Positions 48,600-49,919 of a DNA stretch of 49,919 nucleotides are shown one piece after another. Within the stretch, counting starts at the first letter, position 1; every line of letters starts with the position of its first letter. The translations under genes and the position numbers were made by a program. The DNA comes from Verrucomicrobiota bacterium (lineage in GTDB: Bacteria; Verrucomicrobiota; Verrucomicrobiia; Limisphaerales; UBA9464), in assembly GCA_043788645.1 (NCBI GenBank), contig JAYVTS010000019.1, positions 1-49,919 of the forward strand, given 5' to 3'. The notes beneath the pieces were generated by a model. The model was not told where the DNA came from. It saw only the letters and a program-made list of their open reading frames with translations, and did not search any database.

Positions 48600-49787
48600 A
48601 TGTCGGACGATCCTCGCCCTAAGCACCAGCGGATCTCGCAAGATCTGGAGAATGCGATTGCGACGGGTCGTTACGGGGTCGGTGCCCGATTGCCCAGTGA
48701 AGCTCAGTTGGTCCGGCAGCACTTGGTTTCGCGGCCGACAGTGATCCGAGCTTTGAAGGAATTGGAGGCTCGGGGAGTGATTGAGCGGCGGATGGGTTCG
48801 GGGAGTTTCGTGCGTCGACCGGAGGTGGCGGCCAACCACACTCGACAGCTGGGGCTCCTGATTCCTGGATTGGGAAGAACGGAAATTTTTGAGCTCATCT
48901 GCGGCGAGCTGGCGGGTCTGGCGCGGTCTCACGACTACAGTCTGCTCTGGGGTGGTGCCATCCATTCTAGCCTTGATTCTAGCCCGAACCCGAATCTGAC
49001 TGCGGAACAAGCGTTAGAAATCTGCGAACAATTCGTAAAACGGGGGCTGAACGGCGTTTTTTTCGCTCCGTTCGAACTGGTGGCTCACCGCGAGGAAATC
49101 AACCGGCAGATTGCTGAACGCTTCAGGCAAGTCGGCATTCCAGTGATCTTGATCGACCGCGACATCGGGCCTTTCCCTAAGCGTAGCGACTTCGACTTGG
49201 TCGGGCTCGATAATATGGCGGCCGGATATTTGCTGGCCGAGCACTTCCTTAAACTGGGCTGTCAACGCATTGCGTTTGTGGCTCGACCTCACTCGGCCTC
49301 GACCGTGGACGCTCGGATTGCGGGTGTTCGGGAAGCGTTCGTCCGGCGGGGATTGGACTTCCCTCGAGACTGGGTGCGGATCGGCGATCCTAAGGAACCG
49401 GGCTTTACCCGGCGGTTGCTCGCGGGGCGACCGTGGGACGCGTTGCTCTGCGCGAACGATTACACCGCCGCGGAACTGCTGCAGTCGATCCAAAAGCAAG
49501 GTGGGCGGGTGCCGGACGATATTCGAGTTGCCGGATTTGATGACGTTCGCTTTGCCACGCTTTTATCGAGTCCATTGACCACGGTTCACCAACCGTGTCG
49601 TGATATCGCCGTCGCGGCATTGCGGGCGATGCTCGATCGCATCCTCGACCCCACGCTGCCACCGCGCAGCCAATTGCTCACGCCGACGCTGGTGGTTCGG
49701 GAAAGTTGTGGCACCTATATTGGAGCTTCAGTTTCAGCGCCGGGGCTTTCGGCGGCTCGCGCGACGGGAAAAGTGCAGAGAAATTGA
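48600..49787 (+). CDS. Chimeric transcriptional regulator: GntR-type winged HTH plus LacI/PBP1-type sugar-binding domain (AraR-like architecture)
   Basis: N-terminus ISQDLENAIATGRYGVGARLPSEAQLVRQHLVSRPTVIRALKELEARGVIERRMGSGSFV. The C-terminal domain has VAGFDDV and TTVHQP, typical of LacI-family sensor domains. Confidence 0.88.
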   Translation: MSDDPRPKHQRISQDLENAIATGRYGVGARLPSEAQLVRQHLVSRPTVIRALKELEARGVIERRMGSGSFVRRPEVAANHTRQLGLLIPGLGRTEIFELICGELAGLARSHDYSLLWGGAIHSSLDSSPNPNLTAEQALEICEQFVKRGLNGVFFAPFELVAHREEINRQIAERFRQVGIPVILIDRDIGPFPKRSDFDLVGLDNMAAGYLLAEHFLKLGCQRIAFVARPHSASTVDARIAGVREAFVRRGLDFPRDWVRIGDPKEPGFTRRLLAGRPWDALLCANDYTAAELLQSIQKQGGRVPDDIRVAGFDDVRFATLLSSPLTTVHQPCRDIAVAALRAMLDRILDPTLPPRSQLLTPTLVVRESCGTYIGASVSAPGLSAARATGKVQRN

Positions 49788-49919
49788 TTGGGGAAATAGG
49801 TCACCCAGGGAGAGACTGAGCGGTCGGCCTTCTTGGCCGCCGCTTCTCGGACTTTGAGGGCCGCCTCATACTTCTTCTCCACTTTTTCGTCCCGGATGCC
49901 TTCTTTAGCTTCCAAGTGG

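Noticed and set aside
49715-49919. Minus-strand ORF entering from the right window edge (…EAKEGIRDEKVEKKYEAALKVREAAAKKADRS…)
   Set aside because: It could be the 3' end of a real gene, because the charged helical text looks protein-like. It is truncated by the window, overlaps the regulator 3' end by 73 nt, and has no identifiable family, so it is not reported as a feature.

Overview
About 50 kb of bacterial chromosome. The gene families point to the PVC superphylum (Verrucomicrobia or Planctomycetes type): DUF1559 'H-X9-DG' prepilin-like proteins, PSCyt/DUF1549/DUF1553 plus DUF1501 gene pairs, and large LamG/PA14/HAF exoproteins. The taxon call is an inference from family content only. The housekeeping backbone is pepP, secA, miaA, gap, coaD and mnmA. 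The most interesting part is an accessory stretch of about 10 kb (28.5-38.4 kb) between two convergent DUF1553/DUF1501 pairs. It starts with tRNA-Asn and a ~5-kb integrated element bounded by perfect 31-bp direct repeats. The element carries a disrupted tyrosine integrase, a truncated Gp49/HigB-like toxin with an intact XRE antitoxin, an AT-rich DUF2971-like cargo gene, a PIN-like gene with an unannotated 54-aa partner, and an HUH rolling-circle Rep that looks frameshifted. After the element come a 10-bp-period iteron-like array, a second decayed two-gene module, a secreted protein with a 744-bp internal tandem duplication, and a HigB/HigA-like cassette flanked by 15-bp direct repeats. The right end of the window is a fructan-utilisation operon: GH32, a translationally coupled DUF1559 pilin-like gene, an MFS sugar porter and a fructokinase. 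A divergent AraR-like (GntR-HTH plus LacI-type sensor) regulator sits next to a perfect 9-3-9 palindrome in the shared promoter region. No CRISPR array, rRNA or transposase was seen. All calls come from reading the ORF translations and the sequence by eye. No database search was run.
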